A stretch of DNA of 64,000 nucleotides from a virus (taxonomy: Duplodnaviria; Caudoviricetes): positions 1-64,000 of IMG/VR virus record IMGVR_UViG_3300028326_000328; one strand, 5' to 3'. The position numbers and the translations under genes were made by a program. Numbering within the stretch: the stretch's first letter is position 1; each line of letters opens with the position of its first letter. The notes beneath the pieces are model-generated. The model was not told where the DNA came from. It made no database searches and saw only the letters and a program-made list of their open reading frames with translations. Positions 56,034-64,000 of this stretch are shown piece after piece.

Positions 56034-56336
56034 ATGACGATGGAGGAAAAATGGAACGCCGCTCATGCCCTTACTGACCTCGCCGCTCGCAAGCTCGCCT
56101 TCGCCATTGTACAAACCGAATGGGAAATCGAGGAGGCCACCAAGCGCCTCTAAGACGCGCGCAAACGCGTCGAGGATTCCGCCACCCGGTCCAGTTCTGC
56201 AATGTACGCAGACAGCATCGAAGGCTGGCTGCGCGATTGGCGAAACGAGTACACGCGCCTTGCGGAAAAGAACCGAACGTTGGAGCTCCTGAATCACCTT
56301 GCCCGCGACGCCAAGCCAGAGGCCGCCCGCTCCTAA
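56034..56336 (+). pseudogene. Hypothetical coiled-coil protein interrupted by in-frame TAA (56151-56153)
   Basis: AAGGAGG RBS; same frame continues DARKRVEDS...AARS* to 56336. Confidence 0.6.
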
Positions 56337-56342
56337 ATCAAA

Positions 56343-56392
56343 CTGCCTGAAGATGGCCTTTGGCACAGGCCGGAACGCTCTTCAATCAAGGA
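56343..56392 (+). ncRNA. Degenerate hammerhead remnant
   Basis: CTGAAGA-t-GGCCT-ttggcac-AGGCC-GGAA; no clear NUH or stem I. Confidence 0.35.
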
Positions 56393-56402
56393 GGGACACA
56401 TC

Positions 56403-56621
56403 ATGAAGATCACCACCGCAGCACAGTGCTTTGATATCCTCGACTGGTTCGACGATCCGCTTTACGACTACCTCGCACACAACCTTGTCGCCAAGCTCGA
56501 CGGCGAGGAACGCATCGCCCGAGCGCTCCCACATCTGATCGAACATACCACCGCGCCTGTTGCGGCTCACGCGGATAAGGCGAACGCTTACCCGGTGGAG
56601 TTTTGGAATCAACCCGCCTGA
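56403..56621 (+). CDS. Small hypothetical protein (72 aa); stop codon lies in ribozyme core
   Basis: AGGAGGG RBS; TGA of CTGACGA is the stop. Confidence 0.7.
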   Translation: MKITTAAQCFDILDWFDDPLYDYLAHNLVAKLDGEERIARALPHLIEHTTAPVAAHADKANAYPVEFWNQPA

Positions 56622-56678
56622 CGAGTGCTGCATGGCTCGCAGCCGAAACCGCCCGCTTGGGCGGTCGCGGGAAGCTAC
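56612..56678 (+). ncRNA. Type I hammerhead ribozyme HHR-A4
   Basis: CCCGC-CTGACGA-G(t)GCTGC-atggctc-GCAGCC-GAAA-CCGCCC-gctt-GGGCGG-TC(56666)-GCGGG-AAGCTA. Confidence 0.9.
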
Positions 56679-56710
56679 AGCTTCCAAATCAAACGCAGGA
56701 GGTTTACACC

Positions 56711-56857
56711 ATGAATAGGATTGTCATCAAGGTCTGGCGGGGATTGGTTTCCGAAGTCTACGCAAGCGACGCCAACACAGAAGTCATCGTTATAGATGAG
56801 GATTGCGACGAGGTTCTACTCGCAGACACAGACTTGCCCGCACATCAGGTTTACTGA
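56711..56857 (+). CDS. Small acidic hypothetical protein (48 aa)
   Basis: AGGAGGT RBS before ATG 56711. Confidence 0.65.
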   Translation: MNRIVIKVWRGLVSEVYASDANTEVIVIDEDCDEVLLADTDLPAHQVY

Positions 56858-56887
56858 GCTTACAAATCAACCAGAGGAGGTATTCGA

Positions 56888-57094
56888 TTGAAAAGCATTT
56901 GCATCCGCGTGGAAGATGAAATACATCGCCAGTTGAAATGTGTTCTGCTGTATCGAGGTTCAACTCTTCAGGACTTCGTGATCGGACTAATCGAACGCGA
57001 AATCGAACGCGAGGCGAGCGAAATCGCGTACAACGACACAACCGGCGAGGCAACAAGGCTCTTTCAGCGCGTCGGCATTCCTACCAAGCTGTGA
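56888..57094 (+). CDS. Ribbon-helix-helix-like DNA-binding protein
   Basis: KSICIRVEDEIHRQLK...TLQDFVIGLIE pattern; AGGAGGT RBS with TTG start. Confidence 0.6.
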   Translation: MKSICIRVEDEIHRQLKCVLLYRGSTLQDFVIGLIEREIEREASEIAYNDTTGEATRLFQRVGIPTKL

Positions 57095-57112
57095 AATTAA
57101 GGAGGAAACACA

Positions 57113-57553
57113 ATGAAGTACATCGCTTACGGTTCCAACATGGTCAAGGAGCAAATGGACTACCGCTGCCCGGACGCCAGACTCATCGGCACCGGATACA
57201 TCAAGCAGGCCCGCTTGGAATTCTATCTCCACGCCACCGTCAAACGCTCCCAAATCAAGGACTCGCGTGTGCCGGTGGCGGTGTGGGAGATCTCGGAGGT
57301 AGACGAACGGCGACTCGACCGGTACGAGGGGTTCCCGGATTACTACATCAAGGAGGAATGGCCGGTCACCCTGTCGGACGGCTCCGAAATCAAGGGGATG
57401 ATTTACCTGATGAAGCGCATCCGCAAAGCGCCGCCGAACATGGATTACTTCCAAGGCATCTTCAACGCCTACGAGGACTTGGGCCTTGAATCGGAAATCA
57501 ACAGCGTGTTGATGCCCGCGCTTAGCCGCAGCCTCCGGCGCAAGAAGCGCTGA
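57113..57553 (+). CDS. Gamma-glutamylcyclotransferase family protein (paralog of 2448..2903)
   Basis: YIAYGSNM, LDRYEGFP. Confidence 0.88.
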   Translation: MKYIAYGSNMVKEQMDYRCPDARLIGTGYIKQARLEFYLHATVKRSQIKDSRVPVAVWEISEVDERRLDRYEGFPDYYIKEEWPVTLSDGSEIKGMIYLMKRIRKAPPNMDYFQGIFNAYEDLGLESEINSVLMPALSRSLRRKKR

Positions 57554-57573
57554 CGCACAGCCCCAAACGAGAT

Positions 57574-57604
57574 AAGCCGCTCTCCATCGAGGGCGGCTTT
57601 TTTG
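57574..57604 (+). terminator. Intrinsic terminator of accessory operon A
   Basis: AAGCCGCTCTC-catc-GAGGGCGGCTTTTTT. Confidence 0.8.
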
Positions 57605-57766
57605 CTCTGGAATTGGGCCGACGTTGGCGCGTGTCGGGCCTTGGAATCGGCGGTCGGACAAACCCTCGACCAAGGCCCGCAAGGCCGCACGTGGGGCGAA
57701 CGTGGCGGCGACGCGGGCAAAGAAAAAGCAGCCGCACGGGCTGCTTTGGAATCGAGCGGCGGAGGG

Positions 57767-58285
57767 CTATGGAATCAAGTCCAAGGCTACCTCGGTACCG
57801 CTTTCCGTCGCGCGAAACCGGACGAGCACTTTTCCATCCGCCACATCGTAGACCGCTTGAAACGGGTGGCTCCATAGCGACGTCAGCCCTGCGCACTCCG
57901 TGTAGGCTTTCACCCGATACACATTGAAATCCACTTTGTCGCGCACGGCCTGCCATTCCTCAAAGATGCGGCGCAGACGGGGTACTTGTTCTTTTTGAAG
58001 GTGCTCCATAACGACCGCGCCCGGCAGCGCTTCGAAATCAGATTTCGAGCGCTCCGCTTTGAAACACGCCCAAAATTCAAGCGGCATCGGGCTTTGCATC
58101 ATCTCAAGCACCGCCTCCGTCGTGCCGCAATCATCGCAGACATACAAACCGACCTGACGGCTGAGCGCGTTCCGATGGATTTTCCGGTTCATGGAATCCT
58201 GCCCACAGCGCGGGCAAAGCATGTGCTCCCCGGCCATCTGCCGGACTCTCAAATCAAGTAAGACCTGTTCTTGTTTCTCAGTCAT
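57767..58285 (-). CDS. Zinc-finger hypothetical protein (paralog of 2996..3514)
   Basis: CPRCG...NALSRQ..LYVCDDCG. Confidence 0.75.
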   Translation of the reverse strand: MTEKQEQVLLDLRVRQMAGEHMLCPRCGQDSMNRKIHRNALSRQVGLYVCDDCGTTEAVLEMMQSPMPLEFWACFKAERSKSDFEALPGAVVMEHLQKEQVPRLRRIFEEWQAVRDKVDFNVYRVKAYTECAGLTSLWSHPFQAVYDVADGKVLVRFRATESGTEVALDLIP

Positions 58286-59088
58286 CTTGCTTCGCCCCCC
58301 CTTGTTTCGCGGGCAATCCTGCGGATTTCGGCGTACTTGTCCTTGTGCTTCATGGCTTCATCATCGTTGCGGAAAGCCGTGTGGCCTTTGAGGCCTGTGA
58401 GCAGAGCGTTCCGGGACGCTTTGAAATCAGCGCCGCCAAAGCCCAACCGTAAAAGCCAAGAGCGCAACACATACTTTTCGTTCTCCGGGCGGCGCACCTC
58501 CGCGTTGACCCGCTTCGCCTCTCGCGCCGCGCGCACCATGGCGCTGACCAAGTCGGCATACGCCTTGTTCTTTTCCGGGGCTTCGTCCAGCGGGAAGTTC
58601 AGCGTGACTGTGCCGTCTTGGAAATCGACGCCGGTCAGGTCGCCCAGCGCTTTGAAATCGCCCATCAGGGTTTCAAAATGAGCAAGGGTTTCCGGCAGGT
58701 ATTCGCCCAAGCGAGTCGTGACCGCCTCGGAAATCGAGAAACTCTCGCGCCGCGTGACCCGGTTCAACAGGTGCTGGTAGCCGTAGAGCGTGTAAATCAA
58801 ATTCCGAAGCTGATTCCCGTCCATGTCCTCCGTGGGCACCGAAATCGCCAGCGTCTCAATCTCTGTTTCGATCTCCGGTTCGATGAAGCCGTGTTCCATC
58901 AGGAAGGGCTTCAAGCCTTCCAGTGCCTCGGCATCCTCGCCGGTGATGGAACCGTCGCGCTCCACCGTCACCGGGCCGATGCTGTAGGAAAAGGATGGCG
59001 GCCCCTGATACCGCGATTCCGCTTGCAGGTGCTCTGCAATCTTCTTCACCAAGGTGCGCCGGTCTTCCGCGTGGGTTTGGATGGTCAT
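58282..59088 (-). CDS. Conserved phage protein ('virulence-related'; paralog of 3511..4377)
   Basis: ENEKYVLRSWLLRLGFGG...LKGHTAF. Confidence 0.75.
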   Translation of the reverse strand: MTIQTHAEDRRTLVKKIAEHLQAESRYQGPPSFSYSIGPVTVERDGSITGEDAEALEGLKPFLMEHGFIEPEIETEIETLAISVPTEDMDGNQLRNLIYTLYGYQHLLNRVTRRESFSISEAVTTRLGEYLPETLAHFETLMGDFKALGDLTGVDFQDGTVTLNFPLDEAPEKNKAYADLVSAMVRAAREAKRVNAEVRRPENEKYVLRSWLLRLGFGGADFKASRNALLTGLKGHTAFRNDDEAMKHKDKYAEIRRIARETRGGEAR

Positions 59089-59116
59089 GCTTCATACCCC
59101 CTTCAATCTGGTAGGA

Positions 59117-59147
59117 CATTAATCACTCTAAAGGGGATGGAAGTCAA
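59117..59147 (-). promoter_or_regulatory. Putative promoter
   Basis: TTGACT-N18-ATTAAT with GAGTGATTAATG. Confidence 0.6.
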
Positions 59148-59605
59148 GATAATTCTGAACGGTGGAAGCGGTTTTGAATATAGCAGCCGTGACCGCAGAA
59201 GCGGCGGTTCCGATTCCCGTAGGCGGAGAACATCTTTCCGCAGCACGCGCACGTCGTCGGGTACAGCGCGCTTTCACGTTTTTGAATCGCGTCGGAGTGC
59301 GCCAACCACCAAGCGCGGCGACAGGCATCGCTGCAGAATTTTCGCCTGCGTCCAGTGTGCGGCTGCGTCAGGGGCTTGCCGCAGTTGGAGCATTGGGCGT
59401 CCCGTTGTTCCCGCTTCTCGGCAGCCTGCGCATCGGCATAACCGCCCATGTTATGGATACGGCAGTAATTTCGAACAGTATCCCGGCTAAGGCCGAGCTT
59501 TGTCGCTATTGCCTTATAGCCGATCCCTTTGCTGCGGCCATCCTGAATCAACCTTTGTTGTAGAGCAGTCAGCGGGTTTCGGCTCGAAGCGGCTTGTTCT
59601 GTCAT
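59144..59605 (-). CDS. HTH plus zinc-finger protein
   Basis: GYKAIATKLGLSRDTVRNYCR; CSNCGK...FCSDAC; CACCGK...FCGHGC; promoter TTGACT at 59661-59666. Confidence 0.75.
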   Translation of the reverse strand: MTEQAASSRNPLTALQQRLIQDGRSKGIGYKAIATKLGLSRDTVRNYCRIHNMGGYADAQAAEKREQRDAQCSNCGKPLTQPHTGRRRKFCSDACRRAWWLAHSDAIQKRESALYPTTCACCGKMFSAYGNRNRRFCGHGCYIQNRFHRSELS

Positions 59606-59662
59606 GGGAATACCTCCATAGTAATTTTTACGTGATATCAATCACTCTGAAGGGCTTCAAAG

Positions 59663-60715
59663 TCAAGTGCTTTGTTCCCATGGCAACTCCGCCTTTCCGA
59701 AATGCCCGTAGGCCGATACACGATTGTAATCCACATCCAGCAGATGCAGCCGGTCGATGATCCCGCACGGTGTCAAATCGTACAGCGTGCGAATCTGCCG
59801 CTCAATCTCGGGAACCGGCATTCGGTTGGTGCCGAAGCAATAGACCGACACGGACACAGGCTCGGCGATCCCAATCGCGTAGGCAATTTGTACCTCGCAG
59901 CGCCGCGCCTGTCCCGCGCGCACAATATCGCAGGCGATCTTCCGTGCCATGTAAGCGCCCGAACGGTCAACCTTGGTGGGGTCTTTGCCGGAGAACGCTC
60001 CGCCGCCGTGGCGGCACATGCCGCCGTAGGAATCGGCGATGATCTTCCTGCCCGTCAGACCAGTGTCCGCAAAGGACGAACCGATCACAAATCGCCCGGT
60101 GGGATTCACCAGTGCTTTGAAATCGGTGTTCAATCCGTAGTGCTCAGCCGCTTTGGCCATCACCGCGTCCACCGCAGATCGAATCTCGCGGAGGTCGGCA
60201 TCGGCTTGGTGCTGTGTACTGATCAGGAAGGTGGCGATTCGCTTCTTACCGTAGTCGTAGGTCACTTGGCTCTTCGCGTCGTGTAGCAGGAGCGGGTGTT
60301 CAAGATGCCGCAGCAGCTTAAGTGCATGGGTGGCGACGGCAAACGGAATGGGCAGATGCTCCGGCGTTTCGTCCGTCGCGTACCCGAACATCATCCCCTG
60401 ATCGCCAGCGCCCTTCCGATCCACGCCCAACGCGATGTCCCGGCTCTGGCAGGTGAACAGCGGCGTGACATGGTATCGCTCCACATCTTGAAGGCCGATC
60501 CGATCAAGCACCCCACGCGCCACCGACAAGTAGTCAGGCATGTGCAGGGAAGTGGTTTCGCCTGCAAGGATGATCTCGTAATCCTTGATCATACACTCAA
60601 TCGCCAAGCGGCTGTCCCGGTCGTGGCGAAGGAAGTCGGTCAAGAGCGCGTCTGAAATCTGGTCGCAAATCTTATCAGGATGCCCGCAGGACACCTGCTC
60701 GCTCGTAAATAGCAT
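59663..60715 (-). CDS. metK: S-adenosylmethionine synthetase
   Basis: SEQVSCGHPDKICDQISD, GAGDQG, GGGAFSGKDPTKVDRS. Confidence 0.93.
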   Translation of the reverse strand: MLFTSEQVSCGHPDKICDQISDALLTDFLRHDRDSRLAIECMIKDYEIILAGETTSLHMPDYLSVARGVLDRIGLQDVERYHVTPLFTCQSRDIALGVDRKGAGDQGMMFGYATDETPEHLPIPFAVATHALKLLRHLEHPLLLHDAKSQVTYDYGKKRIATFLISTQHQADADLREIRSAVDAVMAKAAEHYGLNTDFKALVNPTGRFVIGSSFADTGLTGRKIIADSYGGMCRHGGGAFSGKDPTKVDRSGAYMARKIACDIVRAGQARRCEVQIAYAIGIAEPVSVSVYCFGTNRMPVPEIERQIRTLYDLTPCGIIDRLHLLDVDYNRVSAYGHFGKAELPWEQST

Positions 60716-60918
60716 GTTGATCCCTCCGTGCTATGGATAGAGCCGCCCGCCAGCGGAGTGAAAGGACAAGCCTCCGCTGGGCAAGCGGCCAGCCACAAAA
60801 GAAAAAGAGCAGGTTGTTTTCCTGCTCCATCCATTTCCGGCGATTCTAAGAATACCACATTTTCAGAACCAAGTCAGTGTACCGACAGTGTACCTTTGGT
60901 GAACCAAAGCGCAACCCT

Positions 60919-61410
60919 TTAGTCCAGGATATAGGCGACCACTTCCTTGTCACGAACCTCGTACAGAGAATCCAGTTCCTCGATGGCCCTTTTGCGGTAC
61001 TTCCCAATCATCCTGCGGCTCACATAGTATTTGGTCGAGAGAGCGTCCCAAGTCATCTGCCCGATCACCATATCGCGCATGACCTCTGGCAGCTTCTTGG
61101 ACAGGGAACCCAGCGCCGCCTCCAGAAACTGCAACTCCTCGTTCAGCACACGCAGTTTGTTTTCCAGATGCCCAAACCACTCCCGATTGATCCGCTCCAT
61201 CCTCTCCTGATAGTTCAGGGCGATCTGGGCGGTCTTGTCGGATGTGCCGCTGGTCTGGACGCGCTCCCCGTCCATGCGTGGCGTGTACATGCTCTCGATC
61301 ACTTCCTCCGCCGTGACGCCCCGGAAGTGTGCGATCTGATGCGCCAAGCAGTCGCGTTCCCGTTTGAGCTTCGGGTACTCCTTCAGCAGCTTTTCAATCC
61401 TCGCGCTCAT
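60919..61410 (-). CDS. Phage late transcriptional regulator-like protein
   Basis: Position after SNF2; C-terminal HTH-like segment. Confidence 0.65.
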   Translation of the reverse strand: MSARIEKLLKEYPKLKRERDCLAHQIAHFRGVTAEEVIESMYTPRMDGERVQTSGTSDKTAQIALNYQERMERINREWFGHLENKLRVLNEELQFLEAALGSLSKKLPEVMRDMVIGQMTWDALSTKYYVSRRMIGKYRKRAIEELDSLYEVRDKEVVAYILD

Positions 61411-62753
61411 GCCTCGCCTCCAATTCTGGCCTTCACCGCCTCGATCAAGGCGGCCTGTCCCATGTCTTTTCGCTCCAGCGCCCGCACCACATCCTCGTCG
61501 TGAGTGCCAAGGGCAACGATGTGCTGGAGAATCACCGCGTCCCGCTGGCCTTGCCGCCAGAGCCGGGCGTTCAGCTGCTGGTAGAGTTCCAAGCTCCACG
61601 TGAGGCCGAACCACACCACGGTTGAACCGCCGTCCTGCAGGTTCAAGCCGTGCCCGGCAGAGGCCGGGTGAATCAGCGCTACGGGAATCCGCCCGGCGTT
61701 CCAGTCCGCGATGTCCCGCGCCGTGTCAATGATCCGAACGTCAAACCGCCCCTGAATCCGGGCGAGGTCGTGCTTGTACCAGTAGGCGACCAGCAGGGGC
61801 TTGCCGTTGGCCGCCTCGATCAAATCTTCCAGCGCGTCCAACTTTCGGTCGTGGATGGGAAGCGTCCTGCCCTCCGCGTCGTACACCGCGCCGTTGGCCA
61901 TTTGGAGGAGCTTGCCGGACAGCGCTGCCGCGTTGACCGCGTCGATCTGGCCACTTGGTAAGCGGAGCACCATCTCTCGCCGAAGCGTATCGTACAGCTT
62001 GCGCTCGGCGCTGTTCAACCGTACCTCGACGCGATTGCTGATGAGTTCCGGCATTTTCAGGTGGTCGGTCGCCTTCATGGAGATGCACAGGTCGGAGATC
62101 AGTTCGTAAATGCGCTGTTCCGCGCCCTCCCGAAGCCTGTAGCTGTACACGATCTCCCGGTTTCGCTTATCGGGGAGAAAGAACCGATCCCGGTATCCGG
62201 TGATGAAGCGCCCCAGCCGCTTGCCCATGTCCAGCAGATAGACCTGCGGCCACAGGTCGATGAGCGTGTTGGGGGCCGGTGTGCCCGTCAGCCCGATGAC
62301 CCGTTTCACCATGGGCCGCACGCGCTTAAGCGCACGGAACCGCTGCGCTTTGGAGGACTTGAAGGAGGACAGTTCATCGATCACCAGCGTGTCGAAATCC
62401 CAGCGGTGGTTGTCGACCAGCCATGCCACGTTCTCCCGGTTGATGATGTACAAAAACGCCCTCCGGCGAAGGGCCTACCGCCTCTGTTTCTCCGTGCCCA
62501 TGACCAGCGAGTAGGATAGCCCCTTCAGGTGATCCCATTTGGCCAGTTCCTTGGGCCAAGTGTCCTCGGCCACGCGCTTGGGGGCGATCACCAGCGCCCG
62601 TCCGCAGTCGAAGCTGTCAAGCACCAAATCCCAAAGCGCCGTCAGGGTGATGACGCTTTTGCCCAAACCCATGTCGAGGATCAGGCCGCAGTACGGGTGT
62701 GTGAGCACAAAGTCCGTGGCGTAATCCTGATAATCATGCGGATTGTATTGCAT
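61407..62753 (-). pseudogene. SNF2 helicase with in-frame TAG (62475-62477)
   Basis: ORFs 62475..62753 and 61407..62453 are in the same frame: EKQRR*ALRRRAFLYIINREN; paralog of 5197..6552. Confidence 0.85.
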
Positions 62754-63015
62754 CCAAGACCACTCCTATCTGCTCCGGCCCATCTACGACGAACACCCGA
62801 AACCCTAGACCCTCCAGCTGTTCCTTGCGCAATGCCTGTAAGGGCCGGAGCGTTTTGCCGGGGGCTTTCAATTCCACAAAGGCGAGCCTTCCACTCGGTA
62901 ACAGGGCAATGCGGTCGGGCACCCCATCAAGACCGGGGGAGATGAATTTGGGAGCCAACCCGCCACGTTTTTTTACCTCGGTGACGAACCGCCGCTCGAT
63001 GCTGCTTTCTCTCAA
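62734..63015 (-). CDS. VRR-NUC domain nuclease
   Basis: GVPDRIALLPSG..AFVELKAPG. Confidence 0.88.
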   Translation of the reverse strand: MRESSIERRFVTEVKKRGGLAPKFISPGLDGVPDRIALLPSGRLAFVELKAPGKTLRPLQALRKEQLEGLGFRVFVVDGPEQIGVVLDAIQSA

Positions 63016-63239
63016 GGTTTTCTCCTTCCGGCTGTGTTTCCAGTTGTTGTTGCCAACTGCCTGTAAACCCCTTACGCGTGTATATGTGTGTTTCTCCACT
63101 ATATATAGTGTTTTCATAGCTCATAAGGGGGCTATCTGGGAAACGAGAGAAACGGATACCGAAGAACCCAAGCAACACTGCTTTTCCCTCGTTTCCCAGC
63201 CAAGTTTCCAGCTACCGTTATGGCAATGAAGGAAACGAA

Positions 63240-64000
63240 TCAAGCGTTTCCGGGTGCTTCCTTGGCAACGCGCACAAAGGTCTTTTGAACGCCGTATCCA
63301 GAGATGCGCATTTTCCCGGAGGCGTTGCCCTTGTAGCGCTCCCAGCCGCCGATGCGGTTCAGAATCCCTTCGATCTCGTAGGAGTCGGTGCGTTTGAGGT
63401 TCTGGCGCTCCTTGCCGAAGCACTCGCACCAGATTTCCATGATGCACACCCTCTCCCGGCGCACGCTGCCCTTGTTCGCCCCGCCGTCAAACTCGCTGTC
63501 GCCCAAGAAGCTCCGGCGCTGATACAGATCCATGGCGTCCCATCGGTCAGGCAGAAGCCTTTCAAGGTAATCGGCGATGATGCCCTCGCGGTCGTCCGCT
63601 TCCATGGCATCCTGCTGGGCGCAGTATGCCTGTGCGGCAACTTCACCCTTGAGGTATAGCTCCTCACCGGCCCTGTACTTCTCAATGGCCTCCGCCCAGA
63701 TCTGATCCACGGTCGCAGGGGTGATCTCGAATACCGTGTGAGCCGTCCCGCCCTTCACCAGCACCGGCCAGAAGCGGCGGTTGCCGGTGATGTCCCGAAG
63801 GAAGCCGGACTCCGAGTTTGTGGAGCCAACGATGACACAGGCCCTCGGATGGCTCTCCACCGCAATGCCGTAGGACTGCCGGAATTTATCGTCCGTGCGG
63901 GTGATGAACGACTTCACCGTTTCCACGTCCACCTTCTTGATGCCCGCGAGCTCACCCAACTCCAGAATCCAATAGCCCTGAAGCTTCTCGGCGGCGGTCT
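63240..64000 (-). CDS. VapE primase/helicase (3' part; starts beyond window)
   Basis: AAEKLQGYWILELGELAG, GNRRFW; paralog of 6959..9319. Confidence 0.85.
   Translation of the reverse strand, partial: TAAEKLQGYWILELGELAGIKKVDVETVKSFITRTDDKFRQSYGIAVESHPRACVIVGSTNSESGFLRDITGNRRFWPVLVKGGTAHTVFEITPATVDQIWAEAIEKYRAGEELYLKGEVAAQAYCAQQDAMEADDREGIIADYLERLLPDRWDAMDLYQRRSFLGDSEFDGGANKGSVRRERVCIMEIWCECFGKERQNLKRTDSYEIEGILNRIGGWERYKGNASGKMRISGYGVQKTFVRVAKEAPGNA

Larger units (their letters stand above)
25459..64000 (-). mobile_element. Prophage element A (HK97-like siphovirus, partial, partly decayed)
   Basis: Contiguous terminase-portal-protease-capsid-tail-lysis-recombinase module plus replication genes. 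Confidence 0.92.

Noticed and set aside
60716-60900. SAM riboswitch upstream of metK
   Set aside because: Hairpins and a terminator-like U-tract are present, but I could not find SAM-I or SMK-box consensus elements.
62475-62477. Stop-codon reassignment (TAG read as Gln)
   Set aside because: Only two in-frame TAGs and one TAA interrupt genes, and other genes (PolA, SHOCT) end normally in TAG; nonsense mutation is simpler.
1-64000. tRNA or rRNA genes
   Set aside because: No cloverleaf or rRNA-like sequence recognised by eye; a tRNAscan run would be needed to exclude them.

Overview
The window holds parts of two related, tandemly arranged Firmicutes-type (Clostridia-like) temperate siphovirus prophages, both mostly on the minus strand. 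Element A (about 25.5 kb to >64 kb) runs from VapE/VRR-NUC/SNF2, metK and a plus-strand accessory operon through a putative cos region, a ParB-methylase, a CotH-like gene, HK97-type head and tail genes, holin/endolysin and serine recombinases. It carries several inactivating lesions. Element B (<1 to about 25.4 kb) has a low-GC defence cargo (TcmP+DUF5131, an hsdR remnant, type III R-M, ImmA/HTH), a replication module (DUF2800, DUF2815, PolA, VapE, SNF2) and its own paralogous accessory operon. The most striking signals are in the two accessory operons (amidoligase, gamma-glutamylcyclotransferase, small acidic proteins). (1) Their intergenic spaces contain type I hammerhead ribozyme folds with a loop-II pseudoknot: 6 near-canonical and 2 degenerate copies. 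(2) About 40 copies of a strand-polar motif GCTYYNRAATCAA are packed into these two regions, including inside genes on both strands. All product names come from motif recognition, not database searches.
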